This document shows positions 19,092-29,053 of a stretch of DNA of 55,310 bases, in pieces; positions within the stretch are counted from its first letter, which is position 1, and each line of letters starts with the position of its first letter. The notes under the pieces were generated by a model. The model saw nothing but the letters and a program-made list of their open reading frames with translations, ran no database searches and had not been told where the DNA came from. The stretch is taken from assembly GCA_049972045.1 (NCBI GenBank), contig JBMFKS010000005.1, positions 4,202 to 59,511 of the forward strand. Reading direction: 5' to 3'. This DNA is from Anaerolineae bacterium. GTDB lineage: Bacteria; Chloroflexota; Anaerolineae; B4-G1; DUEL01. The translations under genes were made by a program, and so were the position numbers.

Positions 19092-19979
19092 ATGACCGCA
19101 ACCCTGATAGACGGCAATGCTGTCGCCGCCGCCATTCATCAAGAGATTATCGCCGAGGTGGAGGAACTGAAGGCCAAACACGGCATCGTCCCCGGCCTGG
19201 CGACGGTGCTGGTGGGCACCAATCCTGCCTCTCAGTTCTACGTCCGCTCCAAGCAGAAGAAGTGCGCCGAAGTAGGCATCCGCTCCTTCGGCTACGATCT
19301 GCCAGAGACCGCTACTCAGGAGGAGGTGGAGGGACTGGTGCGGGAACTGGGGGCCAACCCCGACGTTCACGGCATCCTGGTCCAGCTGCCCCTGCCACGC
19401 CACCTGGACGAGAAGCGGGTGCTGAGCGCGATCCCCATTGAGAAAGACGTGGACGGCTTCCACCCGGTCAACATCGGCGAACTGGGGATGAAGGGCCGGG
19501 AGCCCAAATTCGTGCCCTGTACGCCGGCCGGCTGCATTGAGTTGCTGGACCGGTACAACATTGAGATCGCCGGGAAGGAGGCGGTGGTCCTGGGCCGGAG
19601 CAACATCGTCGGGCTGCCGGTTTCCATGCTGCTCCTGAAGCGGGACGCAACGGTGACCATCTGCCACTCCCGCTCCCATGACCTGCCCGCCATCTGCCGC
19701 CGCGCCGACATCCTCATCGCCGCCGTCGGCCGCCCCAGGATGGTCAAGGCCGACTGGGTGAAACCCGGCGCGGCCGTCATTGATGTGGGCATCAACCGGG
19801 TGGACGACCCCACCGCCAAGCAGGGCTACCGCATCGTCGGCGACGTGGACTTTGATGAGGTCAAAGAGGTGGCGGGATACCTGACCCCGGTGCCCGGCGG
19901 TGTCGGCCCCATGACCATCGCCATGCTTCTGAAGAACACGCTGACGGCAGCCAAGCGGGCGGCGGGATTAATACCGTAG
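19092..19979 (+). CDS. folD: Methylene-THF dehydrogenase/cyclohydrolase
   Basis: [46 protein letters not shown]. Confidence 0.98.
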   Translation: MTATLIDGNAVAAAIHQEIIAEVEELKAKHGIVPGLATVLVGTNPASQFYVRSKQKKCAEVGIRSFGYDLPETATQEEVEGLVRELGANPDVHGILVQLPLPRHLDEKRVLSAIPIEKDVDGFHPVNIGELGMKGREPKFVPCTPAGCIELLDRYNIEIAGKEAVVLGRSNIVGLPVSMLLLKRDATVTICHSRSHDLPAICRRADILIAAVGRPRMVKADWVKPGAAVIDVGINRVDDPTAKQGYRIVGDVDFDEVKEVAGYLTPVPGGVGPMTIAMLLKNTLTAAKRAAGLIP

Positions 19980-20008
19980 AGGCTTGCCGCTCCAATTGGG
20001 GAGAACCT

Positions 20009-20281
20009 ATGGCCGAAATGGCGACACTTCAGATCCGGGTTCCACAGGAATGGGCGAAGGTCCTGGAAGACCAGACCGCGCTCCTGGAGATCATCGGGCT
20101 GGGTCTGGAGGAATATCGCATCCGGCGGGCGCTACTGCTGTATCAGAAGGGGGCCGGCTCATTGGGCTATGGGGCCGAGGTGGTGGGGATTCCCGAGCGG
20201 GTGCTGATGGAAGAGGCCCGGCGGAGGGGAATACTTCCTCATTACGAGGAACGCTTCGTGGAGCAGGACCTGGGCCAATGA
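20009..20281 (+). CDS. UPF0175-like putative antitoxin
   Basis: ALLLYQKGAGSLGYGAEVVGI...RRGI; directly upstream of a DUF3368-like gene. Confidence 0.7.
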   Translation: MAEMATLQIRVPQEWAKVLEDQTALLEIIGLGLEEYRIRRALLLYQKGAGSLGYGAEVVGIPERVLMEEARRRGILPHYEERFVEQDLGQ

Positions 20282-20591
20282 AAGCCGTTGCCAACACGGG
20301 TCCCCTGATCGTCCTGGCAAAACTCAGCTGGGTCAGGGGGAACTGCAGGCCATCGCGCTGGCTCAGGAGTATCAGGCCCCTCTCCTGATGGACGAAGCCT
20401 ACGCTCGTTCGGTAGCTGAGGGACTGGGTCTGCGGACTGTGGGTTCCCTGGGTATTCTGGTTGCGGCCTATCGTCAGGGGCTACTGAGGGCAGAAGTCCT
20501 GGAGCAACTGCTGGATGCCATTGAGGTACGGGAAGACATCTGGATCCACCCTCACCTTTGCGACCGGGTGCGCAGGGAGTTTCTGCGATAG
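20278..20591 (+). pseudogene. DUF3368-like PIN protein with internal deletion and frameshift
   Basis: MKAVANTGPLIVLAKL is joined out of frame to GELQAIALAQE..LLMDEAYAR..GLRTVGSLGIL; the middle of the domain is missing. Confidence 0.75.
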
Positions 20592-20625
20592 CCTGCTGGT
20601 TGGCAGAAGCGGATAGGGAGGAAAT

Positions 20626-21030
20626 ATGCGGACTGTTATCTCTGTTAACCGCCTGCGCAGTCAGTTTGTCCGCGACGTGGAGGAGATCAGCGGGGAGGAC
20701 CTGCTGGCCTGCAACCAGTGCGGCAAGTGCAGCGCAGGTTGCCCCGTCGCGGCGGCGATGGACATGCTCCCCAGCCAGGTCATCCGCATGGCCCAACTGG
20801 GGATGAGGGAGGTCCTGCAGAGTCGGACCATCTGGATCTGCGCTTCCTGCCTGACGTGTGTTGCCCGATGTCCGAAGGGGGTGGACCTGCCCCGCCTGAT
20901 GGAGGCACTGCGGGAAATCTCCCTGCGCGCCGGCGCGTCGGAGATCAACCTGGACCAACTGCCGCCGGACCTGGTGCGGGAACTCCCCCAACTGGCCATC
21001 GTCGGGGGGTTCCGGAAGTATATCAAGTGA
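20626..21030 (+). CDS. hdrC: Heterodisulfide reductase subunit C-like
   Basis: CNQCGKCSAGCP and WICASCLTCVARCP. Confidence 0.9.
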   Translation: MRTVISVNRLRSQFVRDVEEISGEDLLACNQCGKCSAGCPVAAAMDMLPSQVIRMAQLGMREVLQSRTIWICASCLTCVARCPKGVDLPRLMEALREISLRAGASEINLDQLPPDLVRELPQLAIVGGFRKYIK

Positions 21031-21045
21031 AACGTGAAACGTGAG
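21027..21045. repeat. Short heptamer array (GTGAAAC) spanning the hdrC stop
   Basis: GTGAAAC GTGAAAC GTGAG. Confidence 0.6.
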
Positions 21046-21933
21046 ATGAAAGTCCCCTACTATCCCGGATGCACGCTCTCCACAAAGGCGAAGGGGTACG
21101 ACCGCTCCGGACGGGCGGTGGCGGCCGCGCTGGGGATGGAACTGGTGGAACTGCCGGACTGGCAGTGCTGCGGGGCGACCTTTCCCCTGGCGACGGATAA
21201 CTCTATGGCCCTCATCGCCCCGACGCGCGTCCTCTACCAAGCCGAGCAGGCCGGGGAGCAGGTGGCCGCACTCTGCGCCATCTGCTACCACGTCCTCAAA
21301 CGCACCCAGACCGCGCTGGAGCGGGACCCGGCGATGCGGGAACGCATCAGCTGGTTCACGGAGCAGGAGTACAGGGGCCGCGTGCGGGTGGTCCACCTGC
21401 TGGAACTCCTGCGGGACCAACTGGGCTGGAACGAACTGGCCCGGCGAGTGGTCCGTCCGCTGACGGGGCTGCGCGCGGCCCCCTACTACGGCTGCCTGCT
21501 CCTCCGCCCGTACGACGAGATCGGCCTGGATAACCCCGAGGCGCCGACGATTCTGCACGACCTGATCCGGGCGCTGGGGGCTGAACCGGTGGACTTCCCC
21601 TACAGCCTGGAGTGCTGCGGCTCCTACCTGACGGTGAAGGACCCGGCCGTCTCGGAGACGCTCTCGCGGGACATCGTCGCGTCGGCGCGGGCGGCGGGCG
21701 CGCAGGTGCTGGTGACGGCCTGTCCCCTCTGCCAGTTCAACCTGGACTGGCCCCAGCGGGAGATGGCCTTTGGGCGCACCGGCGACGAAATCCCGGTCCT
21801 CTATTTCACCCAACTGATGGCCGTCGCGCTGGGACTGCCGGAGGAGGACTGGGGCATAGAGGGGATGTACACTGACCCGCGGCCATTGTTGCGAAGCATC
21901 GCGCAGGCCGCCGCGCCGGTGGAAACGGGGTAG
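21046..21933 (+). CDS. hdrB: Heterodisulfide reductase subunit B-like
   Basis: Two CCG domains: YYPGC..CCG..CAIC and YYGC..CCG..CPLC. Confidence 0.92.
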   Translation: MKVPYYPGCTLSTKAKGYDRSGRAVAAALGMELVELPDWQCCGATFPLATDNSMALIAPTRVLYQAEQAGEQVAALCAICYHVLKRTQTALERDPAMRERISWFTEQEYRGRVRVVHLLELLRDQLGWNELARRVVRPLTGLRAAPYYGCLLLRPYDEIGLDNPEAPTILHDLIRALGAEPVDFPYSLECCGSYLTVKDPAVSETLSRDIVASARAAGAQVLVTACPLCQFNLDWPQREMAFGRTGDEIPVLYFTQLMAVALGLPEEDWGIEGMYTDPRPLLRSIAQAAAPVETG

Positions 21934-21954
21934 GAAGTCTTGGAGAGATAACCT

Positions 21955-23097
21955 ATGCGCTACAAACTGTATATTCCTGGTCCGTGTGAGGTGGACGAGG
22001 AGGTCCTTTCGGCCATGGCCCAGCCCACGCCGCGCCACTACGGCCCGGAGTGGCTGGAAATTTATCACGACGTCATCGGGATGCTGAAGCAGGTCTTCGG
22101 CACCCGAAACGACCTCTTGATGGTCCCGGCAGCGGGATCGGCGCTCCTGGATATGGCCTTCGGGAGCATGCTGGCCGAGGGGGAGACCGTCATCGTGGGG
22201 ATGAACGGCTTCTTCGGCGAGCGGATGGGGACGATCGCCGAGAGCCACGGCCTGCACGTCGTGCCCTTCACCGCGCCGCTGGGCCAGCCGCTGGACCCGG
22301 ACGACCTGCGGCGGCTCCTGCGGGAGCATCCGGAAGCCCGCGCCGTCGCCGTTGTCCACCACGAGACCGCGACGACGGTGATGAACCCGGTGCGGGAACT
22401 GGCCCAGGTGGCCCACCAGGCCGGCCTGCCCATTGTTGTGGACGCCGTCTCCTCGCTGGGCGGAGTACCCCTGCCGGTGGACGAGTGGGGCATTGACATC
22501 TGCGTGACGGTGGCGAACAAGTGCCTGGAATGCCCGCCGGGGCTGGCTTTTATCTCGGTGAGTCCGCAGGCGTGGAAGTGGGTGGACCGCAACGAGGGCC
22601 GCCATGGCTGGTACCTTAGCCTGCGCACGTGGCGCTGGTACGCGGAGAACTGGGGAGCCTGGCACCCGACGCCGGTCACGATGCCCACCAACAACGTCCT
22701 GGGGCTGCAGGTGAGTTTGCGGCGCATCTTGGCGGAGGGGCTGGAGGCGCACTATGCCCGCTACCGGTGGGCCTCGCAGGCCGTCCGGCGGGGGCTGGAG
22801 GCTGTGGGCTTTGAGATGTTCGTCCCCGATGGACCCACCGCCTCACCCATCGCTACCGCAGTGAAGGCCCGACCGGAGTTCACCGTCCGGGAACTGATGG
22901 ACTACCTGGCCCAGGAGCACGGCATCCTCATCTCCGGCGGCTTGGAGCCGCTGGCGGGCAAGATTTTCCGCGTCGGCCATATGGGCAAAGCGTCCACCCG
23001 ACCCTTCGTGATGGAGTTCCTTTTCGCCGTGGAGGAGTTCCTGCGGAGAAAGGGATTCGCGGTGCCTGCCGGGGCGAGTATGGTGGGATTGGTGTAA
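21955..23097 (+). CDS. Class V PLP aminotransferase (alanine-glyoxylate/serine-pyruvate family)
   Basis: IPGP, NGFFGER, HHETAT, VDAVSSLGG, ANKCLECPPGL, FRVGHMG. Confidence 0.9.
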   Translation: MRYKLYIPGPCEVDEEVLSAMAQPTPRHYGPEWLEIYHDVIGMLKQVFGTRNDLLMVPAAGSALLDMAFGSMLAEGETVIVGMNGFFGERMGTIAESHGLHVVPFTAPLGQPLDPDDLRRLLREHPEARAVAVVHHETATTVMNPVRELAQVAHQAGLPIVVDAVSSLGGVPLPVDEWGIDICVTVANKCLECPPGLAFISVSPQAWKWVDRNEGRHGWYLSLRTWRWYAENWGAWHPTPVTMPTNNVLGLQVSLRRILAEGLEAHYARYRWASQAVRRGLEAVGFEMFVPDGPTASPIATAVKARPEFTVRELMDYLAQEHGILISGGLEPLAGKIFRVGHMGKASTRPFVMEFLFAVEEFLRRKGFAVPAGASMVGLV

Positions 23098-23162
23098 AAG
23101 GGATGATGTTGGACTTCGGGAAATGGCTCGTTTGCGAGGTGTCTGGGCTGGAGTAGGAGAGA

Positions 23163-23594
23163 ATGGACACCCGGGAAGAGGCCTTTCGGTTGCTGAAAGA
23201 GGCCAGAGAAGACCTGGAACGGGCGACCCGATACGCTGGCTTCCAGGATTGGGTGACCGTTGTCCTTTATGCCCAGTTGGCAACCGAGAAGGCGGCCAAA
23301 GCGGTCATTGCCTGCTTTGAGTCTCCAGAGTGGACTCACGACCCTTCTTCCCAGATGAGGCGGCTGGTAGAGCGAGGAGTGGTGCCCGAAGCATTTCTGG
23401 GAATGGCATCCGATGTTCGGAAGGCGGCTCCCTGGCACGGGCGCTCCACTTACGGTGGGCTGTTGGGGGGACGTTGGCAGAGTCCCTCGGGAATCTGCAC
23501 GGAAGAGGTGGCGTGGATGCTGCTGGAAGGCGCTCGCCGGTCCGTCCAGCAGGCCGAAGCGTTTGTCCCGGATTTCTTCAAGGGGACGGAATGA
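23163..23594 (+). CDS. HEPN domain protein
   Basis: LKEAREDLERA, AQLATEKAAKAVI, WTHDP. Confidence 0.8.
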   Translation: MDTREEAFRLLKEAREDLERATRYAGFQDWVTVVLYAQLATEKAAKAVIACFESPEWTHDPSSQMRRLVERGVVPEAFLGMASDVRKAAPWHGRSTYGGLLGGRWQSPSGICTEEVAWMLLEGARRSVQQAEAFVPDFFKGTE

Positions 23595-24058
23595 ATCGGG
23601 CAGAAGTGGAGCGGGAGATCGGGCGGATCGCGGCGGGATTGAAAGACGTGCTGGCCGTGGGGCTCTGCGGCTCCCTGGCCCGGGGGGATGCCCATACCCG
23701 CAGCGACATAGACATCTTCGTCATCACCGAACGGGAATTCTCCCTGGCCGAGCAGGATTCTTTGTACGAGGCCTTCAGCCCGCTGATCGCCCGCTTCGGG
23801 CGGGACATTACGGTTCTGGTCTATGACCTGGACAGCATCAAGCGGATCCCGACCTGGCACACGTTGAGCATGATGAAAGATGCTCGTTTTGTCCACGATC
23901 GGGCTGGGATCGCCGATCTCTTCGCCGAGATCCTCCGACGGGCGGAGGAGCACGGAATCGGGTACGACGAGCGAGAGAAGGTGTTTCGTCTGCGCGAGGC
24001 CCGGAGGGTGCGCTTCTCCTGGGAGACGACGTCGGAAGAACGGGCTTGCAAAGCCTGA
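23591..24058 (+). CDS. Minimal nucleotidyltransferase (MNT)
   Basis: GSLARGDAHTRSDIDIFVI; ATGA overlap with the HEPN gene. Confidence 0.85.
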   Translation: MNRAEVEREIGRIAAGLKDVLAVGLCGSLARGDAHTRSDIDIFVITEREFSLAEQDSLYEAFSPLIARFGRDITVLVYDLDSIKRIPTWHTLSMMKDARFVHDRAGIADLFAEILRRAEEHGIGYDEREKVFRLREARRVRFSWETTSEERACKA

Positions 24059-24207
24059 TCCCGGAGCGATATGCCCACGGCGCTGGCAGGGGTCCGCGAG
24101 GGAGAGGGCTCTTGCGGCAAGAGATGGTGGACAGGTCCTCGTGACCTGGTTCTGAGCCGGGCATCAGGCCGGGAGGCGGATTCGGAAACCGTGCTGAGGG
24201 TTGCAGA

Positions 24208-25896
24208 ATGAGCCGCGTCGGTGTCTTTATCTGTCACTGCGGGATCAACATCGCCGGGACGGTGGACGTGGAGCGGGTCGCGGAGGAGGCGGGCCGGATG
24301 CCCGGCGTCGCCTTCGCCACCCACTACAAGTACATGTGCTCCGACCCGGGCCAGCAACTTATCCAGCGCGCCATTGCAGAGCACAACCTGGACGGCGTCA
24401 TCGTCGCGGCTTGTTCGCCCGCGATGCACGAGCGGACCTTCCGCCAGGCCGTCGCCGCGGCCGGGCTGAACCGGTACCGCTGCGAGATCGCCAACATCCG
24501 GGAGCAGTGCTCCTGGGTCCACCAGCACGAACGGGAGGAGGCCACGGCCAAGGCGGTGGAGATTGTCCGGGCGATGGTGGAGAAGGTGAAGCGGGACGAG
24601 GCGCTGGTCCCCCTGCGGCTTCCCATCGTCCGGCGGGCGCTGGTGATTGGCGGCGGCGTTGCCGGGCTGGAGGCCGCGCTGGACATTGCCAATGCAGGCT
24701 ATCCGATCGTGCTGGTGGAGCGGGAGGACCGGCTGGGCGGCAAGATGGCCCGTCTCTCCGGCACGTACCTGAATTTTGAGGCCGCGCCGGGGATGCTGGA
24801 GAGACGAATCCGGCAGGTCCTGGAACATCCCCACATTGACGTCGTCCTCAACGCGCGAGTCGCCAAACTGGAAGGCTACGTGGGCAACTTCGCCGTGACG
24901 GTGGAGACGCCCGGGGGAAGCCGGACGGAGGAGGTGGGGGCCGTTGTCGTCGCCACCGGCTGGGACCCGTACCCGCTGGAGCGGCTGCCGGAGTACGGCG
25001 GGGGTCAGGTCCCCGACGTGGTGGACGGCCTGACCTTTGAGGAGATGCTGCGGACGGGTCTCCGTCGGCCTTCGGACGGGCGGGTGCCCCGGGAGGTGGT
25101 CTTCGTCCAGTGCGCGGGCTCCCGGGACCCGGAGCACGGCGTCTCCTACTGCTCCAAGGTCTGCTGCATGTACGTCGCCAAGCAGGCGATGATGTTCAGG
25201 GAGCGGGTTCCGGACGGACAGGCCTACGTCTTCTACATTGACATCCGCTCCGGCGGGAAGGGGTACGACGAGTTCGTCCAGCGGGCGATGGAGGAGTACG
25301 ACGTCCTCTACCTGCGGGGCAAGGTGAGCAAGATTTTCCGCCGGGGCGACAAAGTGGTGGTCTGGGGCTCCGACACGCTGGTGGGCCGGCCGGTGGAGGT
25401 GGAGGCGGACCTGGTGGTGCTGGCGACGGCGATGTTGCCCTCGCGGGAGGCGCTCGCCCTGGCCCAGACGCTCCACATTCAGGCCGACCGGTACGGGTTC
25501 TACAGCGAGGCGCATCCCAAGTTGCGCCCGGTGGAGAGCCTGACGGCGGGGGTCTTCCTGGCCGGGGCCGGACAGGGGCCCAAAGACATCCCGGAGACGG
25601 TGGCCCAGGCGGCGGCCGCGGCGGCCAAAGTAGTCCAACTCTTTGCCCAGGAGGCGATGGTCCAGGAGCCGACCGTCGCCTATGTGATTGAGGAACTCTG
25701 TTCCGCCTGCGGCGCGTGTGTGGCCGTCTGCCCGTACGGCGCGCGGGAGATCCACCCGGTCCGTCAGGTGGCGACGGTGAACCCCGCGCTCTGCCAGACC
25801 TGCGGGGCGTGCGTGGTGGCCTGTCCCAACAAGGCCAGCCGCATCCACAACTGGGAGCCGGTCCAGGTGCTGGCGATGGCGGACGTGGTGATTTGA
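24208..25896 (+). CDS. hdrA: HdrA-family flavoprotein, single module with C-terminal ferredoxin (562 aa)
   Basis: GVFICHCG, AACSP, NIREQCSWVH, GGGVAG, QCAGSRD..YCSKVCC, two CxxCxxCxxxCP. Confidence 0.95.
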   Translation: MSRVGVFICHCGINIAGTVDVERVAEEAGRMPGVAFATHYKYMCSDPGQQLIQRAIAEHNLDGVIVAACSPAMHERTFRQAVAAAGLNRYRCEIANIREQCSWVHQHEREEATAKAVEIVRAMVEKVKRDEALVPLRLPIVRRALVIGGGVAGLEAALDIANAGYPIVLVEREDRLGGKMARLSGTYLNFEAAPGMLERRIRQVLEHPHIDVVLNARVAKLEGYVGNFAVTVETPGGSRTEEVGAVVVATGWDPYPLERLPEYGGGQVPDVVDGLTFEEMLRTGLRRPSDGRVPREVVFVQCAGSRDPEHGVSYCSKVCCMYVAKQAMMFRERVPDGQAYVFYIDIRSGGKGYDEFVQRAMEEYDVLYLRGKVSKIFRRGDKVVVWGSDTLVGRPVEVEADLVVLATAMLPSREALALAQTLHIQADRYGFYSEAHPKLRPVESLTAGVFLAGAGQGPKDIPETVAQAAAAAAKVVQLFAQEAMVQEPTVAYVIEELCSACGACVAVCPYGAREIHPVRQVATVNPALCQTCGACVVACPNKASRIHNWEPVQVLAMADVVI

Positions 25897-26047
25897 ACCA
25901 CGAAGACACCAAGAGACGAAGAAATTAAAAATTAACAATTAAAAATGAAACTTCGTGCCTTCGTGTCTTGGTGGTTTTCTTTACCACGAAGACACAAAGA
26001 CACGAAGTTTTGTCAGTTTTTCTTTGTGCCTTCGTGTCTTGGTGGTT
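25896..26047. repeat. Two inverted 9-mer arrays (hairpins); the first loop holds an AT-rich 7-mer array
   Basis: ACCACGAAGACACCAAGAGACGAAG...CTTCGTGCCTTCGTGTCTTGGTGGT, then a second near-identical hairpin; first loop AAATTAAAAATTAACAATTAAAAATGAAA. Confidence 0.9.
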
Positions 26048-26095
26048 AATAATGTCTTTGTGGTTTTTCAGCAGTTAGCCAACGGGAGGTCAAAG

Positions 26096-26671
26096 ATGGC
26101 CAATGAGGTATGGGAACAAATCGCCAACTACCGCAAGACGAAGGTCCTGCCCGGCGGCGCGCGGCTCCTCCTGCGGCCGCTCCGGAAGGAGGACCGGGAG
26201 GCCTTTGTAGACCTCTTCGCGCGGGCCTCGCGGGAGGACCTGGAGTGGTACCGCATTGATGCCGCTGACCCGAACGTGGTCGCCAGTTGGGTGGACAACT
26301 TGGACTACCGGCGGGTTTTCCCGCTGGTCGCCCTCGTCAACGACAAACTCATCGGCAACGCCACGCTTCACTTCGGGGAGCACTATCACCGGCACCTGGC
26401 CTGGGTGCGCATCTTCCTGGACCGGGAGTACCGGCGGCAGGGTATCGGGACGCTGATGGTGCAGAGCCTCATTGAGGTGGCCCGGCGGGTGGGACTCTAC
26501 CAGTTGTACGCCGAAATCGTCACCACTCAGCCGCAGGTCATCAGCGCCTTCCTGGACCTGGGCTTCCAGCATGCCACGACGCTCCGGGATTACTTCATTA
26601 CCAGTACCGGAGAGACGCTGGATATGGCGATCCTGGTTCTGTATCTGGTGGAGCAGAGGGGGAAGTTCTGA
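26096..26671 (+). CDS. GNAT-family acetyltransferase
   Basis: LLLRPLRKED, LDYRRVFPLVA, YRRQGIGTLM (motif A); GGAGG RBS. Confidence 0.88.
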   Translation: MANEVWEQIANYRKTKVLPGGARLLLRPLRKEDREAFVDLFARASREDLEWYRIDAADPNVVASWVDNLDYRRVFPLVALVNDKLIGNATLHFGEHYHRHLAWVRIFLDREYRRQGIGTLMVQSLIEVARRVGLYQLYAEIVTTQPQVISAFLDLGFQHATTLRDYFITSTGETLDMAILVLYLVEQRGKF

Positions 26672-26703
26672 ATCTCTGAATTGGAGAATCCGCGGAGGAA
26701 GCG

Positions 26704-27258
26704 ATGACGGTTGCAGGGATAGATCCGTCTTTCAGCCGGGCGGTGCAGGAGCGGAGCGGAGAGCCCCTGCTGCGCTGCTATTTCTGCCAGAAGTGCTCGG
26801 CGGGTTGTCCCGTCGCATTCGCGATGGAGTATAAGCCGGCCCAGGTGGTCCGTCTGGTCCAGTTGGGGCGAAAGGAGAAAGTCCTCTCCAGTTCGGCGAT
26901 TTGGCTCTGCGTGGGTTGCGAGACCTGCGGGACCCGCTGTCCCAACCACATCCGGCTGGCGCCGATGTTTGATACGCTGCGCTCCATGGCGCTGGCGGAG
27001 GGCTACAAGCCCGAACCGATGGTCTACGCGCTCCATCGGTCCTTCCTGGATAGTATCCGTCTCTGGGGGCGGGTGCACGAGTTGAGCATGCTGATGGAAT
27101 ACAAACTCCGTAGCCACGACCTCTTCTCCGACCTGGGGATGGGAATCGGCCTGATCCTGAAGGGGAAGATCTCCTTCCTGCCGGAGCGGATTCAGGGCGT
27201 TTCGGAGGTCCGGCGGTTGTATCAGAGAGAGGATACAAGTAGGCAAGTAGGCAAGTAG
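26704..27258 (+). CDS. hdrC: Heterodisulfide reductase subunit C-like
   Basis: CYFCQKCSAGCP and WLCVGCETCGTRCP. Confidence 0.9.
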   Translation: MTVAGIDPSFSRAVQERSGEPLLRCYFCQKCSAGCPVAFAMEYKPAQVVRLVQLGRKEKVLSSSAIWLCVGCETCGTRCPNHIRLAPMFDTLRSMALAEGYKPEPMVYALHRSFLDSIRLWGRVHELSMLMEYKLRSHDLFSDLGMGIGLILKGKISFLPERIQGVSEVRRLYQREDTSRQVGK

Positions 27259-27326
27259 ACAAGTGGACGTGGAGAGGGGATTCCCTTATTTCCTGGTCTA
27301 CTTGTTTCCTTGCCCACTTGTATCCT
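27230..27326. repeat. Inverted 8-mer arrays (CAAGTAGR)
   Basis: AGGATACAAGTAGGCAAGTAGGCAAGTAGACAAG ... GTCTACTTGTTTCCTTGCCCACTTGTATCCT; includes the hdrC stop. Confidence 0.9.
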
Positions 27327-27345
27327 TGGACGAGGAGGACGTGCC

Positions 27346-28200
27346 GTGAAATACACTTACTACCCGGGATGCACCATTGGCACCACGGCGGTGGAATTTG
27401 GCCTCTCCACCGACGCCGTTTGTGAGGCGTTGGGGGTGGAGTTGGTGGAACTGGAGGATTGGAACTGCTGCGGGGCGTCGTCGGCCCACAGTCTGGACCA
27501 CGAACTGGCGCTGCGGCTGCCCGCGCGCAACGTTGCCCTGGCCCAGAAGGAGGGGCTGGATATCGTCGCGCCGTGCCCGGCCTGCTACCAGCACGTCCTG
27601 CAGGCGGATCGGGTCCTACGGGAGGATGAAGCGTGGCGGCGGGAGATGGAGGCGATGCTGGGCTTCACCTACACGGGCCGGCCGCGCGTCCGGCATCTCC
27701 TGGAGGTGCTGACGGAGCCGGAGGTCCTGGAGGCCGTCCAGCGGCGGGTGACCCGACCGCTGACGGGGCTGCGGGTGGCCTCGTACTACGGCTGTGTCCT
27801 GGTCCGCCCGCCGGAGTTCACCGGCTGGGACGACCCGGAGCACCCGACCCGGATGGACCGGCTGATGGAGGCGCTGGGCGCGGAGCCGGTGGCGTGGTCG
27901 TACAAGGTGGATTGCTGCGGGGCCAGCCTCGCGCTCAGTCGGAGTGAGGTGGTGAAAGTCCTTTCCACCCGCCTGGCGCGGGAGGCCCAGGAAGCCGGAG
28001 CCGATGTCATCGCCTGCGCCTGCGGGATGTGTCAGATCAACCTGGACACCCGCCAGAACCTGGAACAGAAAATCCCGGCCCTCTATTTCACCGAACTGAT
28101 GGGGCTGGCTTTCGGCCTACCGGGGGTGGAGAGGTGGTGGGGCAAGCACATGATTGACCCCCGGCCGGTGTTGCGGTCGGCCGGTCTGGTGCAGGTTTGA
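27346..28200 (+). CDS. hdrB: Heterodisulfide reductase subunit B-like
   Basis: YYPGC..WNCCGA..CPAC and YYGC..CCGA..CGMC; GTG start after GAGGAGG. Confidence 0.92.
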   Translation: MKYTYYPGCTIGTTAVEFGLSTDAVCEALGVELVELEDWNCCGASSAHSLDHELALRLPARNVALAQKEGLDIVAPCPACYQHVLQADRVLREDEAWRREMEAMLGFTYTGRPRVRHLLEVLTEPEVLEAVQRRVTRPLTGLRVASYYGCVLVRPPEFTGWDDPEHPTRMDRLMEALGAEPVAWSYKVDCCGASLALSRSEVVKVLSTRLAREAQEAGADVIACACGMCQINLDTRQNLEQKIPALYFTELMGLAFGLPGVERWWGKHMIDPRPVLRSAGLVQV

Positions 28201-28248
28201 CGCAGGTGTAGGTGTAAGAGGAGCGGGGAAGTGCGCTCGGAGGTCTGT

Positions 28249-28497
28249 ATGACGGAGGACAAGAAGATGATCCGGAAATTCAAAATCATTGTTGAAAAGC
28301 ATCCGGACGGGTACGTTGCCTATCCACTGGGGCTCAAGGGAGTGGTCGTTGGTCAGGGTGATACATATGAAGAGGCCCTGGACGATGTCAAGTCGGCAAT
28401 TCAGTTTCATATAGAGACGTTCGGTCTGGATGCCGTGCTGGATGAAGCATCCGTTGTAGAAGCTTTTGTCGCAGAGGCAGGAGTTCCGGTTGGGTGA
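28249..28497 (+). CDS. hicB: HicB-family antitoxin
   Basis: IIVEKHPDGYVAYPLGLKGVVVGQGDTYEEAL. Confidence 0.85.
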   Translation: MTEDKKMIRKFKIIVEKHPDGYVAYPLGLKGVVVGQGDTYEEALDDVKSAIQFHIETFGLDAVLDEASVVEAFVAEAGVPVG

Positions 28498-28733
28498 CGA
28501 AATTCCCGGTAGATGCACCGCGGGATAGAGTCATTCGCGCGTTGGAGCACCTGGGTTTTCGGGTAGTAAGGATTGGCGCGCACATTGCTATGGTGCGAGA
28601 GAATCCTGACGGAACTCGCACACCTTTGACGATGCCCAATCACCGCTATATTAAAGCCTCTACCCTGCGGACAATCTGTACCCAGGCGGGAATCTCGCGC
28701 AAAGAGTTCCTGGAGGCCTACGAGCGGGCCTGA
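28494..28733 (+). CDS. hicA: HicA-family toxin
   Basis: VIRALEHLGFRVVRIGAH...TMPNH...STLRTICTQAGI. Confidence 0.85.
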   Translation: MTKFPVDAPRDRVIRALEHLGFRVVRIGAHIAMVRENPDGTRTPLTMPNHRYIKASTLRTICTQAGISRKEFLEAYERA

Positions 28734-28926
28734 GGCGAGAATATACAAGACGGCCGTGGTAAGAATATGGCGTTTGTCCTCTTCGGCAGGTGTTCTTTGA
28801 CACTGGGTAGGCCCGAAAAACGGGTGTAGAGTAAACAGGGGGCTTCTAAAACTCTTCGTAGCAGCCTACTGGCCAGTCCAGCGTCAGTTTGTTGGTCCAC
28901 AGCCCCGATATGGGGAGCGAATAGTC

Positions 28927-28962
28927 AACGTGCCAGGCACTTCGGAAAGTGCCTGGCACGTT
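28927..28962. repeat. REP-like palindrome GTGCCAGGCAC, copy 2
   Basis: AACGTGCCAGGCACTT-CGGA-AAGTGCCTGGCACGTT. Confidence 0.8.
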
Positions 28963-29053
28963 CCCAGGCGTGGCGGCCTGCACGACAGAGGCATCCTTTT
29001 GCCTGCGTCTTTCCTGGCACCTACCAGAGGAGTCGCGGCAGGGTGAGTAAATC

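Noticed and set aside
28797-28832. TTGACA as a promoter for the second hdr block
   Set aside because: No -10 element at a 16-18 bp spacing.
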